From positions 6,820,001-6,884,000 of the forward strand of contig OX597823.1 of the NCBI GenBank assembly GCA_951406725.2: DNA of 64,000 bases. Reading direction: 5' to 3'. Origin of the DNA: Octopus vulgaris. Its lineage: Eukaryota. A program made the translations under genes and the position numbers. Every line of letters starts with the position of its first letter. Within the stretch, counting starts at the first letter, position 1. Positions 26,658-38,829 of the stretch are shown piece after piece. The notes beneath the pieces are model-generated. The model did no database searches and was not told the DNA's origin. It saw nothing but the letters and a program-made list of their open reading frames with translations.

Positions 26658-27484
26658 GCAATTTATAGAGTTTCTATAATTCAAAAGCTGAATAACATTA
26701 ATTTCTTAGAGAGTGAGTTATGTGAAATATTATGAGAAAAGGATTGTCGATTAATTTATGACCAAAAGTTTTGTTGCTTTTCACTTGACTTAACGTTGAG
26801 AAAATATTTTAACAACCTGCCACTGCTTTGTGCGTCTCGCCTACTGCGATGTACCAGAATGTTAATGCAATGACAACGACACAGTACTGCAAAAAAGCAA
26901 CACAATACTGTAATCATCATGATCATGATGACGATCATGATCATCGTCATCACCGTCGGCTTTATCAATATTATACTTACATACATACGTATATGTGCCC
27001 GTATATATATATATATACATGTGTGTGTATTTATATATATATGTGTGTGTCTGTGTGTTTGTGTGTGTATGTGTGTGTGTGTGTTTGTGTGTGTATGTGT
27101 GTGTGTATAGATATATAGATATAAACATATATGTATGAATATCTCACATGTGTTTTATCTATGTATGTATACATAGATAAAACTTGAATTCTACGCGGTA
27201 TGGATTCGCATATGGGCGCGTATATATATATATACATGTGCGTGTATTTATTAAGTTAGACATTGCCTGGACCAATCTCTGGTCGAAACATATCTAAGTT
27301 TTATCTAAGTTTTATATATACATATATGCGTGTGTGTGTGTGTGTGTATGTTTGTGTGCGTATGTGTATGTATGAGTATACATACATAGATACAAACATA
27401 CATGTATGTATATCTCATATGTGTTTTATATATGTATGTAGGTATACATAGATAAAACTTGAATTCTACGCGGTATGGATTGAT

Positions 27485-28243
27485 ACAAAGTTTGAATTGT
27501 TTCCAAAGGAATGTTTGTCCATTCTTCAGCTAAAACTGTCTGCAGATCCTGTAGCTAAGTTGGTGGATGGTCTCGACTCCTTCCTTGTTTTTCTAAAACG
27601 CACCATAAATGTTCAATTATATTGAGATCTAGGGACTGCGGTGACCAGATAAGATGTCCAACTTCTCTGGAATTTTCCTCGTGTCGTTTAGTAAAAATTT
27701 CAGCTGTATGAGTTATTGCATTATCATCCTGAAAGATTGCGTTTCTCTCCGGAAACAGTTCTGCAACCATAGGATGAATTTGAGCAGATAAAATGCTTAT
27801 ATAGTCTTGACTATTAATTGTGCCGTGAAGAGAAACAATTGAGCGGGCAAATTTCCAAGATATAGCCTATCCCTAGATCATCACAGATTCTTTTCCGTTT
27901 TTAATAGTTGGAAGAATGCAGTCGCAGTGAAATGCTTCTCTTGGCTATCGTTTGGCCGGTTCAATAACAAGCTAAACGGTGAGTCGTTCGAGAAAATAAC
28001 ATCATTCCCCCTCTCTCAGGACCAAGTCTGTAGGTTTTTACTCCAATCTATACGCTTCGCAACCGTTTATTTTTGAAAGTAGTGGTTTTCTGATAGCAGC
28101 TTTTCCGTGAAATCCGGCTTTGCGCAACTCCGGCGAACACTTTTGTGGAAACTGGGTTCCCGAGGGGATTATTAAGCTCTGCAGTAATTTTCGGATCTGT
28201 ACTTTTGATGCTAGTTGTTTCCAATATTTTGTCCAACCCCAGA
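27485..28243 (-). mobile_element. Internally deleted Tc1-family transposon relic
   Basis: AIFQDDNAITH..WSPQSLDLNIIEHLW (DD34E region), KITAELN..VSTK, and a Tc1-like terminus ggggttggacaaaatattggaaaca. Confidence 0.85.
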
Positions 28244-28365
28244 ATGTGCGTGTGTGCGTGTCTATACATATTCATACATATATGCGCGACGACAGACACA
28301 CACGCGCGAGCATGCCCATACACAGTACACACAAAGACACACATACTCTCACATAGATATACATA

Positions 28366-28411
<46 letters not shown>

Positions 28412-28726
28412 TTATAATTAAGGGTAGCTAAGAGATAATTAACGTTATCGCTTTGATACCCTTAATTATAATTTTAATAATAATTATTACCATTGGGTTT
28501 TTTATTCCCATGCTGAGCACCTGATGAGATCGGTATTTTAAATAACGATCTTATCCTTATGTATATAAATTTATATATATATATATATATATATATAAGT
28601 TCAGCAAAATTTAGATTCAAATGAATATAGTACTTAAGTTAGATGCACCAGAATTTTGTATGGTGGTATCCATATAAATCCATGGGGTGGTTATAATCAG
28701 AATAAGCACCAAGAATAACTTCAGTA

Positions 28727-28816
28727 ATTTGGTACGATCGTTTCACGCTACATCATTTTATTAAATGTTGTAAGTATTACAACAGTTTTAAAACGCTGAC
28801 CACTCATCAGCCATTA
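28727..28816 (-). ncRNA. Type I hammerhead-like motif (canonical CUGAUGA core, palindromic stem III) in a short TA-flanked element
   Basis: aatgg-CTGATGA-gtg...cgt-GAAA-c(gatc)g-TA-ccaaat; same architecture as 16235-16325; stem II weak. Confidence 0.65.
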
Positions 28817-28926
28817 TATATATATATATGTATGCATGTACATATATACATGCATATATATATAAAGATATATACATACATATGTTATATATATAAATAT
28901 GTATATATTGTGTATGTACACAGACT

Positions 28927-28990
<64 letters not shown>

Positions 28991-29561
28991 ACACAGTTAT
29001 TCTCTCTCCGTTTTTTTTCATTCAGTCATTATTTATTTCCTGTTATTTCTTGCTGTCGAAGAGCGCAGGCTCAAAATGTAAACAAAATTTACCATTCTTT
29101 CCGAGCATCAATCTAATACACTTATTCGTTGCTCTTGCACCTACCCATCTCTTTGGTGCTTCTGTAAATTCGAACTATATATAAGTGCTTGTGTATGTGT
29201 GTGTGCATGTGTATATGTATATAAGTATGTCTTATTGTTTGTTGATCCTGCAGGGTGTCCAACAATCACCCCTTCTCATCAAGCAACCCTGGTGGAGTTG
29301 CTAATTCAGTCGCCGATGATTCATCCAAGCAACAGCTTTTGATGAGACCAGGATAACGCATGGAAGACTTAAGAGAGATTTAAGGAAGAATGTTACGATA
29401 GAGAAGGTGAATCACAATTACATTTCTGTGTGCAGTTTGTGACTGACCAGGCCTTACATTTCCAGAAATGTATCATTTCTAGAAATTTATCACCCACATT
29501 TCTAACAAATTATACAAATCTTGACATGTAATGATTTCAAATACTATTACTATAATCATTT

Positions 29562-29726
29562 ATAGGCGCAGGAGTGGCTTTGTGGTAAGTGGCTTGCTTA
29601 GCAACCAAATGGTTCTGGGTTCAGTCCCAATGCGTGACACCTTGGGCAAATGTCTTCTACTATAGCCTCGGGCTGACCAAAGCCTTGTTAGAGGATTTGG
29701 TAGACGGAAGCTGAAGGAAGCCTGTC

Positions 29727-29729
<3 letters not shown>
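29562..29729 (+). mobile_element. SINE 5' half (23890 family)
   Basis: Matches the family head. Confidence 0.85.
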
Positions 29730-29775
<46 letters not shown>

Positions 29776-29807
29776 TAGATAGATATATATATATATGTGT
29801 GTGTGCT

Positions 29808-30125
29808 TTTGAGGCCTCCGTTAGATTTGGAGACATTCTGGTGTACATTGCATTGAAATGTGGGCTCAAATCTCATTTGCGTTCCCATGGAAAACGAATC
29901 TCCAACAGCTGTTCTGCCTCTATGCCTGTGCACACATTTCCATACAATGTACACCAGAATGTCTGCAAATCTTACGGAGGCTTCAAAAGACATTTTAAGA
30001 TCCACAAAGATCAGAACTTATCTGCAGCTCTTGGTGGTCCACATCGAATATGCAATCTATGTAGGTTTCTTTTCAAAATATTGGCTGGGTTAAAAAGCCA
30101 CATGAGATACCATGATGGTTCTGAG
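29808..30125 (+). pseudogene. Degenerate C2H2 zinc-finger fragment (likely an RTE-type LINE C-terminus)
   Basis: GLKSHLRSH, GFKRHFKIH and CNLCRFLFKILAGLKSHMRYH; no TGEKP linkers; 29808-29862 is an inverted copy of about 29931-29988. Confidence 0.5.
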
Positions 30126-30542
30126 GTGTATGTACAGGAGGTGGTCCAAAATCGAATAGCTTTCCTGTCGAAACAATCGACTGTTTCTGAAAGAGACAAG
30201 GCTTCTTCTTCATGTTGGATTGACATGTTGAATGTGATAGTGGAGTCGGGTGGAAGTTGGTGCGGAAATACAAAGGATGTTGGTAAGACTGTAAGAAACT
30301 AACGAATAACTTAGAATTCGAAATTAGCCGAAAATTAAATTGTAACAGATACAAGGATTATATTCGCACATATGACGTGAACACACGTCTGTATAAATAC
30401 GTTCATACTAGAATGTATTTATCTATTTCTTCACTTACGTGGTTATCCATTTTTATATGTGGAGGGTGAGTTGCATTCTAAACGGCTCCTTCTTTGCAAG
30501 TTCAACATCACAGTGTATTTTTGCATGTGTATCATAACATAT

Positions 30543-30764
30543 ACTCTTTTACTCTTTTACTTGTTTCAGTCATTTGACCGCGGCCATGCTGGAGCACCGC
30601 CTTCAGTCGAGCAAATCGACCCCAGCACTTGTTCTTTGTAAGCCTAGTACTTATTGTATCGGTCTCTTTTGTTACGGGGACGTAAACACACCAGCATCGG
30701 TTGTCAAGCGATGTTGGGGGACAAACACAGACACACAAACATACACACACGCACACACACATAC

Positions 30765-30819
<55 letters not shown>

Positions 30820-30869
30820 TTCCTATTGAGGCATTCATGCTCGGATAGCCCAAAAGAGAGATATTTCTT

Positions 30870-30907
<38 letters not shown>

Positions 30908-31073
30908 ACGACAGGCTTCATTCAGCTTCCGTCTACCAAATCCTCTCACAAGGTTTCGGTCAGCCCGAGGCTATAGTAGAAGACACTTTCCCAAGGTGCC
31001 AGGCAGTGGGACTGAACCCGAAACCATGTGGTTGCTAAGCAAGCCACTTACCACACAGCCACTCCTGCACCTA
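30543..31073 (-). mobile_element. Full-length SINE (23890 family)
   Basis: Head at 31073, tail at 30543; the internal (TA)n carries a 57-bp foreign insert. Confidence 0.88.
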
Positions 31074-31705
31074 TAAATTATTATGTCAATAGTATTTGAA
31101 ATCATTACACGTCCAGATTTGTATAATTTGTTTCAAGTATGTATTTTCATGTTTATATTTGAAATCTGGGTGATAGATATCTAGAAATGATACATTTCTG
31201 GAAATGTTTTCATTTTAACCGACCCAGTGGTGGCTTGGAACTGTAGTCGTCGAATCAGCTTTCTTGTTTCTGGTTTTGAGAATTTCTCACGATTAGGCAT
31301 TATGCTGCATATCCCAGTACGCCAACAATTACAGTTTACAAGTTCAGGTTTATACGTCAACTTATAATATAGGGAGAGTATCTGTAGGTTTCTCGAGAGT
31401 TCAAGAGTTGTTTTTAAGATCTTTAGCATTATGTTAACATCTGTTGTTCAGCTGATGTCCACAGCTGTACACAGATTCTCTTCTCCGACGCAAAAGTTAA
31501 CTGTCCCGTCGATTATGTTTATATTTTATTGAGGTTTTCACTGGGACATTTCACAAATACTCCTTCTTATGAGTGGCTATGGATTTTACTATCTCGCGGG
31601 TTCTTAATATGTATGTATGTATGTGTGTGTGATTTATTGAGTCAATAATTTACAAAAGCTGATTAATGCTTATTTTTTAGAGAGGGGTAGAGAGTTGTGT
31701 GAAAT

Positions 31706-32088
31706 ATATATATATGTATAAAGCTGAAGTTGTCTGTGTATGGCAGGTTTGGTAGCCTTCAACTAACACTTTCTACCCCGAGACCATGCGGTGCAAGTTG
31801 ACCAAAATTGAGAGTATGATAGAAGAAGGCTTGCTTTTCATTCCGTAGAAGATAAAATTCAAATCGGACCATGTTATGACCAAAACTTATCTACATCAAA
31901 AAGGTGCTTTTTTCTATGAAAATCCCTATTTTTTTACTGCTGTGTCACCATTTTTCGATGTATTTCAACCAGAAAAAATGTTCACTTAAAGAGAATAACA
32001 AGCTACATAATGCAAACGTTTTACTTTTCAAAAATTCCAAATCTAAAGGGTGGAAACAAACCCAAACAACGCCGGGTGATACTGCTAG
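31706..32088 (+). mobile_element. Non-autonomous Helitron
   Basis: 5' (ta)n-taaagctgaagttgtctgtg; 3' degenerate hairpin cccaaacaacgccggg followed by CTAG|T. The paralogous empty site is visible near 45012-45045 (gagttgtacgaaata|ttttgatacaagaaggtatg). Confidence 0.8.
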
Positions 32089-32935
32089 TATTTTTATAAA
32101 CGAAGGTATGTTGTTATTTCACCTGACTTAACCTTTAGAACCTACTTTAACACTGTTTTGTATGCATCGTTTTACTACAAAGTATCAGAATTTTAATGCA
32201 AATTGGGTGACGCAATACTACAATGCAGTGGTAAGCAATTAAAATCATCTCCAGCGTCGTCGTCGTCGTCGTCTTTAGCAATATTGTACAGACATACATG
32301 TGTGTGTATGTGTTCGTGCGTAGGTTTGTGTGTGTATGTGTGCGTGCGTAGGTTTGTGTGTGTTTGTATGTACATAGATGGATACGTGTATAGGTATGTA
32401 TTTATATACATGCCTACATACCTATTTATATATTTACATACACAAACGTATAAAGTAACAAGTATATGTATGTATATATATGTTCACATATACATCCACA
32501 TATACAAATATATACGTATATACAAATATACATACATAAGTATATGTCAATATCAATAACACAGTGATTGTTTCTTGTCAGGAACAAAAATATTAATAGG
32601 ACTGCTATAGAAGTGCTCTATTGAAAGAGACAAAAATATCAAACTAAAGTTATTGAACAAACAAATGCAAGGTCAACCGCATATCATTTCATAATTCGAA
32701 CATTTAATCATAGAATATACATATAAACATCCCGCAAGATGGAACATAATTCATCTGTACAAGCATACAAGCATATAATAATAAGGTGCGAGAAACATTT
32801 TTTTTTTTTTAATCACAGTTTAGAGTTAATACTTTAGCGATTCAGAAAAATACATTTTTTAAAAGAAACCTTACAATACCTAGAAAGTAAAAATATAATA
32901 TAAAGTAATATATAAAAATATATAGGTATATAAAA

Positions 32936-32973
<38 letters not shown>

Positions 32974-32985
32974 AGCATATAAAAA

Positions 32986-33019
<34 letters not shown>

Positions 33020-33023
<4 letters not shown>

Positions 33024-35028
33024 TCAGTAATAATAAAGGGTGAAATTAATTAATTAGGGATAATTATCAATTACACCAAGTAGATTTCGGCATGTAAAAG
33101 CCCCATTCGAGGAAAATTTAAGTAATACTAAGTAATTAAGGGTTTAGCAACGAATTGCCTCACCAACACACCGAATTTAGAAATAGCAGTCAAAGAGATA
33201 TAGCTATTCCTTCTACTAAAAGGGGGATCTCAGTAAAAACACAGCACTTGAAAGGCAAACACAGACAGGTAAGAAAGAAAGAATGAAATGACGGCAATCT
33301 ATCATGCAATTTTAAGTTACCTACGGACGTACGTTTCGAGATCAAGTTTTAGGATAGCATAAGAATTAGAAAATTCTACTTTACCCAAACTTCTTCTCTC
33401 ATCGGCGGCAGGATACCACAATTATGAATAATTGTATATTAAATTTTGAGATACTAGAATGCATCATCTCAAATCAGTGTCAGAGCGAGAGCAAAGCATG
33501 ACCAGTACCACGAAATTCAAAGTTTGAATGGAAGTTTGTGTCACCAGCCCCCTTCCACCCGCGTGTAGCCAAGACAAAATGCTGCGGTCATTTACTGGGA
33601 TAAAATATGGTTATCAGTAATAATAAAGGGTGAAATTAATTAATTAGGGATAATTATCAATTACACCAAGTAGATTTCGGCATGTAAAAGCCCCATTCGA
33701 GGAAAATTTAAGTAATACTAAGTAATTAAGGGTTTAGCAACGAATTGCCTCACCAACACACCGAATTTAGAAATAGCAGTCAAAGAGATATAGCTATTCC
33801 TTCTACTAAAAGGGGGATCTCAGTAAAAACACAGCACTTGAAAGGCAAACACAGACAGGTAAGAAAGAAAGAATGAAATGACGGCAATCTATCATGCAAT
33901 TTTAAGTTACCTACGGACGTACGTTTCGAGATCAAGTTTTAGGATAGCATAAGAATTAGAAAATTCTACTTTACCCAAACTTCTTCTCTCATCGGCGCAG
34001 GATACCACAATTATGAATAATTGTATATTAAATTTTGAGATACTAGAATGCATCATCTCAACTCAGTGTCAGAGCGAGCCAAAGCATGACCAGTACCACG
34101 AAATTCAAAGTTTGAATGGAAGTTTGTGTCACCAGCCCCCTTTTGGGGTAAAGTAGAATTTGTCACCAGCCCCAGTTTGGGTAAAGTAGAATTTTCTAAT
34201 TCTTATGCTATCCTAAAACTTGATCTCGAAACGTACGTCCGTAGGTAACTTAAAATTGCATGATAGATTGACGTCATTTCATTCTTTCTTTCTTACCTGT
34301 CTGTGTTTGCCTTTCAAGTGCTGTGTTTTTACTGAGATCCCCCTTTTAGCAGAAGGAATAGCTATATCTCTTTGACTGCTATTTCTAAATTCGGTGTGTT
34401 GGTGAGGCAATTCGTTGCTAAACCCTTAATTACTTAGTATTACTTAAATTTTCCTCGAATGGGGCTTTTACATGCCGAAATCTACTTGGTGTAATTGATA
34501 ATTATCCTAATTAATTAATTTCACCCTTTATTATTACTGATAACCATATTTTATCCCAGTAAATGACCGCAGCATTTTGTCTTGGCTACACGCGGGTGGA
34601 AGGGGGCTGGTGACACAAACTTCCATTCAAACTTTGAATTTCGTGGTACTGGTCATGCTTTGGCTCGCTCTGACACTGAGTTGAGATGATGCATTCTAGT
34701 ATCTCAAAATTTAATATACAATTATTCATAATTGTGGTATCCTGCGCCGATGAGAGAAGAAGTTTGGGTAAAGTAGAATTTTCTAATTCTTATGCTATCC
34801 TAAAACTTGATCTCGAAACGTACGTCCGTAGGTAACTTAAAATTGCATGATAGATTGCCGTCATTTCATTCTTTCTTTCTTACCTGTCTGTGTTTGCCTT
34901 TCAAGTGCTGTGTTTTTACTGAGATCCCCCTTTAGTAGAAGGAATAGCTATATCTCTTTGACTGCTATTTCTAAATTCGGTGTGTTGGTGAGGCAATTCG
35001 TTGCTAAACCCTTAATTACTTAGTATTA

Positions 35029-35030
<2 letters not shown>
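33020..35030. mobile_element. Non-coding 590-bp-unit tandem + inverted array carrying hammerhead ribozymes (retrozyme-like)
   Basis: Units start at 33020 and 33610; an inverted run spans about 34175-35030; (TA)n on both flanks; no ORF. Confidence 0.9.
34741..34832 (+). ncRNA. Type I hammerhead ribozyme, U4C core variant (copies at 33320-33412 and 33910-34001 on -)
   Basis: cctgcg-CCGATGA-gaga..long stem..tctc-GAAA-c(gtac)g-TC-cgtagg; predicted cleavage after C34826 (GUC). Confidence 0.85.
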
Positions 35031-35064
<34 letters not shown>

Positions 35065-35446
35065 AGCATATAAAAAATATATAATATATATATATATAGG
35101 AGCATATAAAAAATATATAATATATATATATATAGGAGCATATAAAAAATATATAATATATATCATGTAAATAAAATAAAAGTTCATCGTTTAGAAATTT
35201 TATGAAATTATTATTCAAGTAAGAGAAGCCTTATAGTTAAAAGGAAACCATATTTACTTATCCCTATGGCCATTTCAGGGGAGTATTATTATGTTTAAAG
35301 CACTAGGGTGCATCAAGATAATACCTCCTTCGTCAGGGGAAAAAAATATATATACATAAAGATAGACATCATCGCGTACCAGGCCAGCACAATGTTGTTT
35401 GTTTTCCTATTGAGGCATTCATGCTCGGATAGCCCAAAAGAGAGAT

Positions 35447-37090
35447 ATTTCTTTATTACCCACTAGGGGCCACATAGAGGGGGACATTACAAACATTGGG
35501 GACATAGAACAATACGATTACAACGAATGAAAAAATGAATGTTGAAAGTGATAATATGAAAGTGATGTTAACGGCCCCATCCGTTAGCATCACTTACCTG
35601 TCCTTTGGTTGTTACTCCCACACAAATATTCCTCGTTCAGTTCCAATAACAAAACCATTCATCTCCATTCTTACTTTAAAATTCTCCTCCAAATCTCTCA
35701 CAGTTTCTTCAATCATTCTCGCCTCTTTCACTTCCCAATTCTCCCTTTCACACTCTGTTATAAATCGTCCATTCGCTCCTTTCCAATCACTGCATACCTG
35801 ATCACACCATTTATATTCCTCTGTCACACCATTTATATTCCTCCATTGTTTTTTTAATTTTTTCCTTTCCTGTCAAAAATACAATGTTTGACCTGGGTTC
35901 TTGTTTGGTGTCTTGTCTGTGTGCATCTTTTTTTTTGTTTTCTTGTTGGAGGGGAACGGGTGGGTTCACTGTCTGCAGGGGAAGGATGGGACTCAGAGGG
36001 TGCGGGTGGTGTTGGGGAGGATTGGGGTTCAGTATTGTTCAACTTTCTCCTCTTTCTTTTTTTTCTTTCCTCTACCCATTCGTTCTGGGCCTCTTCTTCT
36101 GTTGTTTCACACTCCACTGGATTCCGTTCTTCTTCTTTATTCTCTTCTTCTCTTTGTACCTCTATAACAATTTCCTTTGGTGGGGGAGGGCAGTTAGCTC
36201 TTATGTGGCCTCTCAGGCCACACTTGTAGCAGCGCGGGGCTCTGCCCTCCACCCACACTCTCATGATATTACACATTTTTATATTTTCAGTTAGCCTTTC
36301 CAGCGTTTCGGCCTCTGCTTGCACATTCATGTCTAGGGTAGCACCCCTCCAGCCTTCATATTTTATGATTGCCTGGAGGATGTCCACCTCTTCTTCACAT
36401 CCTTTGATTACCGCTGCCGCTATCCATTCGCCTTCTATATGTGGGGGTATTCCCTCCACCCTAATTCGAGTGGTTTTCCTATTCAAATATGTGGGTAGAA
36501 GGAATACCTTATCCGTCCTTACTGCCTTGGTTGCCATTTTTCTTGCTATGTTTTCGCTCCTAAATTGCACCATCACCGTGCCAAATTCCATGCCTCTTGT
36601 TAAATAAACGATTTCCTCCTCTGTTCTTTTCAACGCTTTTTCAATGAATTGCATACTGACTATTTCTATTTTTTGCTTCCGTTTGCATATACTCTGTATT
36701 TTATTGTCCTGCGATCGAACCACTCACCACGCTTTGTTGGTGGTGACAATTCAACCTCACCGCCTTCTTTTTCCATAAATTCTTGGAAGCCTGGCAACTT
36801 GACCAGGTTTACCTCTTTTTCTCCCGACTTCTTCGTCACTCCTGCATATGTATTGCCAAGTTTCTCGTCCATCCTCTTCACTGCCTTTACTAGTTCCTCT
36901 TCGGAAGTCGACAACTCCGATAAACTTTCAAAGATTCCTTGTCCGACCATCCCTCCCGTTAGGGAGGTGCAGTCCATCTTCTCCTTGTCTGTCTCAACAC
37001 AGACAGACAAAAACCAAAAACCGTATAACAAAACGTTCAACAATAATTCAACGATAAATATTTAGCAACTTACAGTAAACACGTGTGGTC
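35447..37090 (-). mobile_element. ORF1/gag-only retroelement unit 1 (about 1.64 kb)
   Basis: ATG at 36977; frameshifted ORF with RRM-like RIRVEGIPP and CYKCGLRGHIRANC knuckle; 3' end ..gtgggtaataaagaaat; bounded by 21-bp repeats at 35426-35446 and 37091-37112. Confidence 0.85.
35612..36977 (-). pseudogene. L1/Tx1-type ORF1 (gag-like nucleic-acid-binding protein with CCHC knuckle), frameshifted
   Basis: ORFs 36666-37043, 35854-36723 and 35612-35827 in series; TYAGV, CX2CX4HX4C and basic KKRKRRK. Confidence 0.8.
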
Positions 37091-37112
37091 CGGATAGCCC
37101 AAAAGAGAGAAT

Positions 37113-38750
37113 ATTTCTTTATTACCCACTAGGGGCGACATAGAGGGGACACTACAAGACATTGGGGACATAGGACATTATAAAAAATAAAAGTATGTAA
37201 GATAAAATTTTGAAAATGATAATATAAAAGTGATGCTAACGGCCCCATTCCGCTAGCACCACTTACCTGTCCTTCGTAACCTATCATCATTTATCATCTC
37301 CAATCAGAAGCCCTATATTCACTATCATTCTCTCAGTTCTCTCTTCATACTCCTTCACCACCACATCCATAAATCTCACCTTAGTCACCTTCACACCCTC
37401 ATTCAAACAACTCTCCATAATTCCATCCATCAGTTCCTTTGGCACTACTGCATAACTCCCATCCACTCTCTCATACCATCAATAATTATTTATTATGTCT
37501 TTTGAGTCCTCTTTTTTCACGAAACATAAAATATGGGGCTTGGGATCTTGTTTACTCTCTTGTGTGTCTGTGTTATTTTTTTGTTTTCTTGTAGGCGGAG
37601 AGTGGGTGGAATCACTGTTTGTAGGGGAAGGATGGGACTCAGAGGGTGCGGGTGGTGTTGGGGTGGGTTGGGGTTCACCATAGTCACTTTTCTTCTCCTT
37701 TTTCTCTTCTTTCTTACATCTTCCCATCCAGTCTGAGCTTCCTCCTCCTCAGTCTCTTCCTCAACTTGTTTCTGCTCCACCTCCTCCTTTTCCTGGTTCA
37801 CAGTTTCCTTTTGTGGGGGATGGCAGTAAGCTCTTATGTGGCCCCTCAGGCCACACTTATAGCATCTTGGTGCTCTGCCCTCCACCCATACTCTCATGAC
37901 AATATTTCCCATGTTTATATTGTCTGTCATTCTTTCGAGTGTACCCTCCTCCGCTTGTATACTCATTTCTAGCGTCTTTCCTCGCCAGCCTTCACCTTTT
38001 ACGGTAGCCTGTAAGATGTCTACCTCCTCTTCAACTTCTTTTATCACAGCTGCAACAACCCACTCACCTTCTATGTGGGGGGGGGGGGGTATTCCTTCCA
38101 CTCTTATTCTTGTGGTTCTTTTGTTCATAAATGTTGGTAATAAGATTACCTTTTCTGTTTTAATCGCCTTTGCTGCCATTTTTCTAGCCATATTCTTATT
38201 TCCAAACTGTACCATTATCGTTCCGTACTCGCTACCTCTCGCCACAAAAACAATCTCTTCTTCCACTCTCCTTAAAGCCTCCTCAATTCTTCCATTTTTA
38301 CCATCTCCACTCTCTTGTTTCCGTTTACGTATGTCCGGTACTTAATAAATCTTTTCTCAAACCATTCACCACGTTTTTCTGGTGGTAATAGTTTTACCTC
38401 TCCTCCTTCCTTCGTCATATATACCTGAAAGCCTGGCACCTTTTCCAGGTCCATCTCCTTTTCTTCTGTCTTCCTTACTGCTCCTGCATACGTCTTACCG
38501 ACCTTTATATCCATTTTATTAACGGCACCAATTAGCTCGTCCTCGGAGGTCGATGCTTCCGACAGACTCTCAAATAACCTTTCTTCTGCCATCTCTCCCA
38601 TTAGGGAGGGGCGGTCCATCACTTTTTGTCTGTCTCAACACAGATAGACAACGGCCAACAGACCAAAAAACAGGATAACAAAAACCGTATCACAAAACGT
38701 TCAATAACAATTCAATAGAAAATTCAACAGCAAATAATTGGCAACTTACA
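37113..38750 (-). mobile_element. ORF1/gag-only retroelement unit 2 (diverged paralog of unit 1)
   Basis: ATG at 38619; ORFs 38272-38622, 37517-38266 and 37479-37727 are colinear with unit 1 (RIRVEGIPP, CYKCGLRGHIRAYC); same 3' end. Confidence 0.85.
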
Positions 38751-38829
38751 ATAAAGTCCAAACGAGAGAAATAAAGTAATAAAAGAATTTTCTTTTAAAG
38801 CAGTAGAGAAAGAAATGGCGCTAAAATAA

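Noticed and set aside
28515-28560. ctgatgag followed by a hairpin, as a hammerhead
   Set aside because: No GAAA or stem III follows; it matches the terminus of the 40.3-kb element family instead.
29799-30302. Host C2H2 zinc-finger gene
   Set aside because: Fingers are incomplete, there are no TGEKP linkers, and the segment is partly inverted; better explained as a decayed retroelement end.
35401-35446. Target sequence as a spliceosomal or U7 snRNA fragment
   Set aside because: Only vague resemblance to U4/U12 as recalled; no Sm site or convincing identity. Needs an Rfam search.
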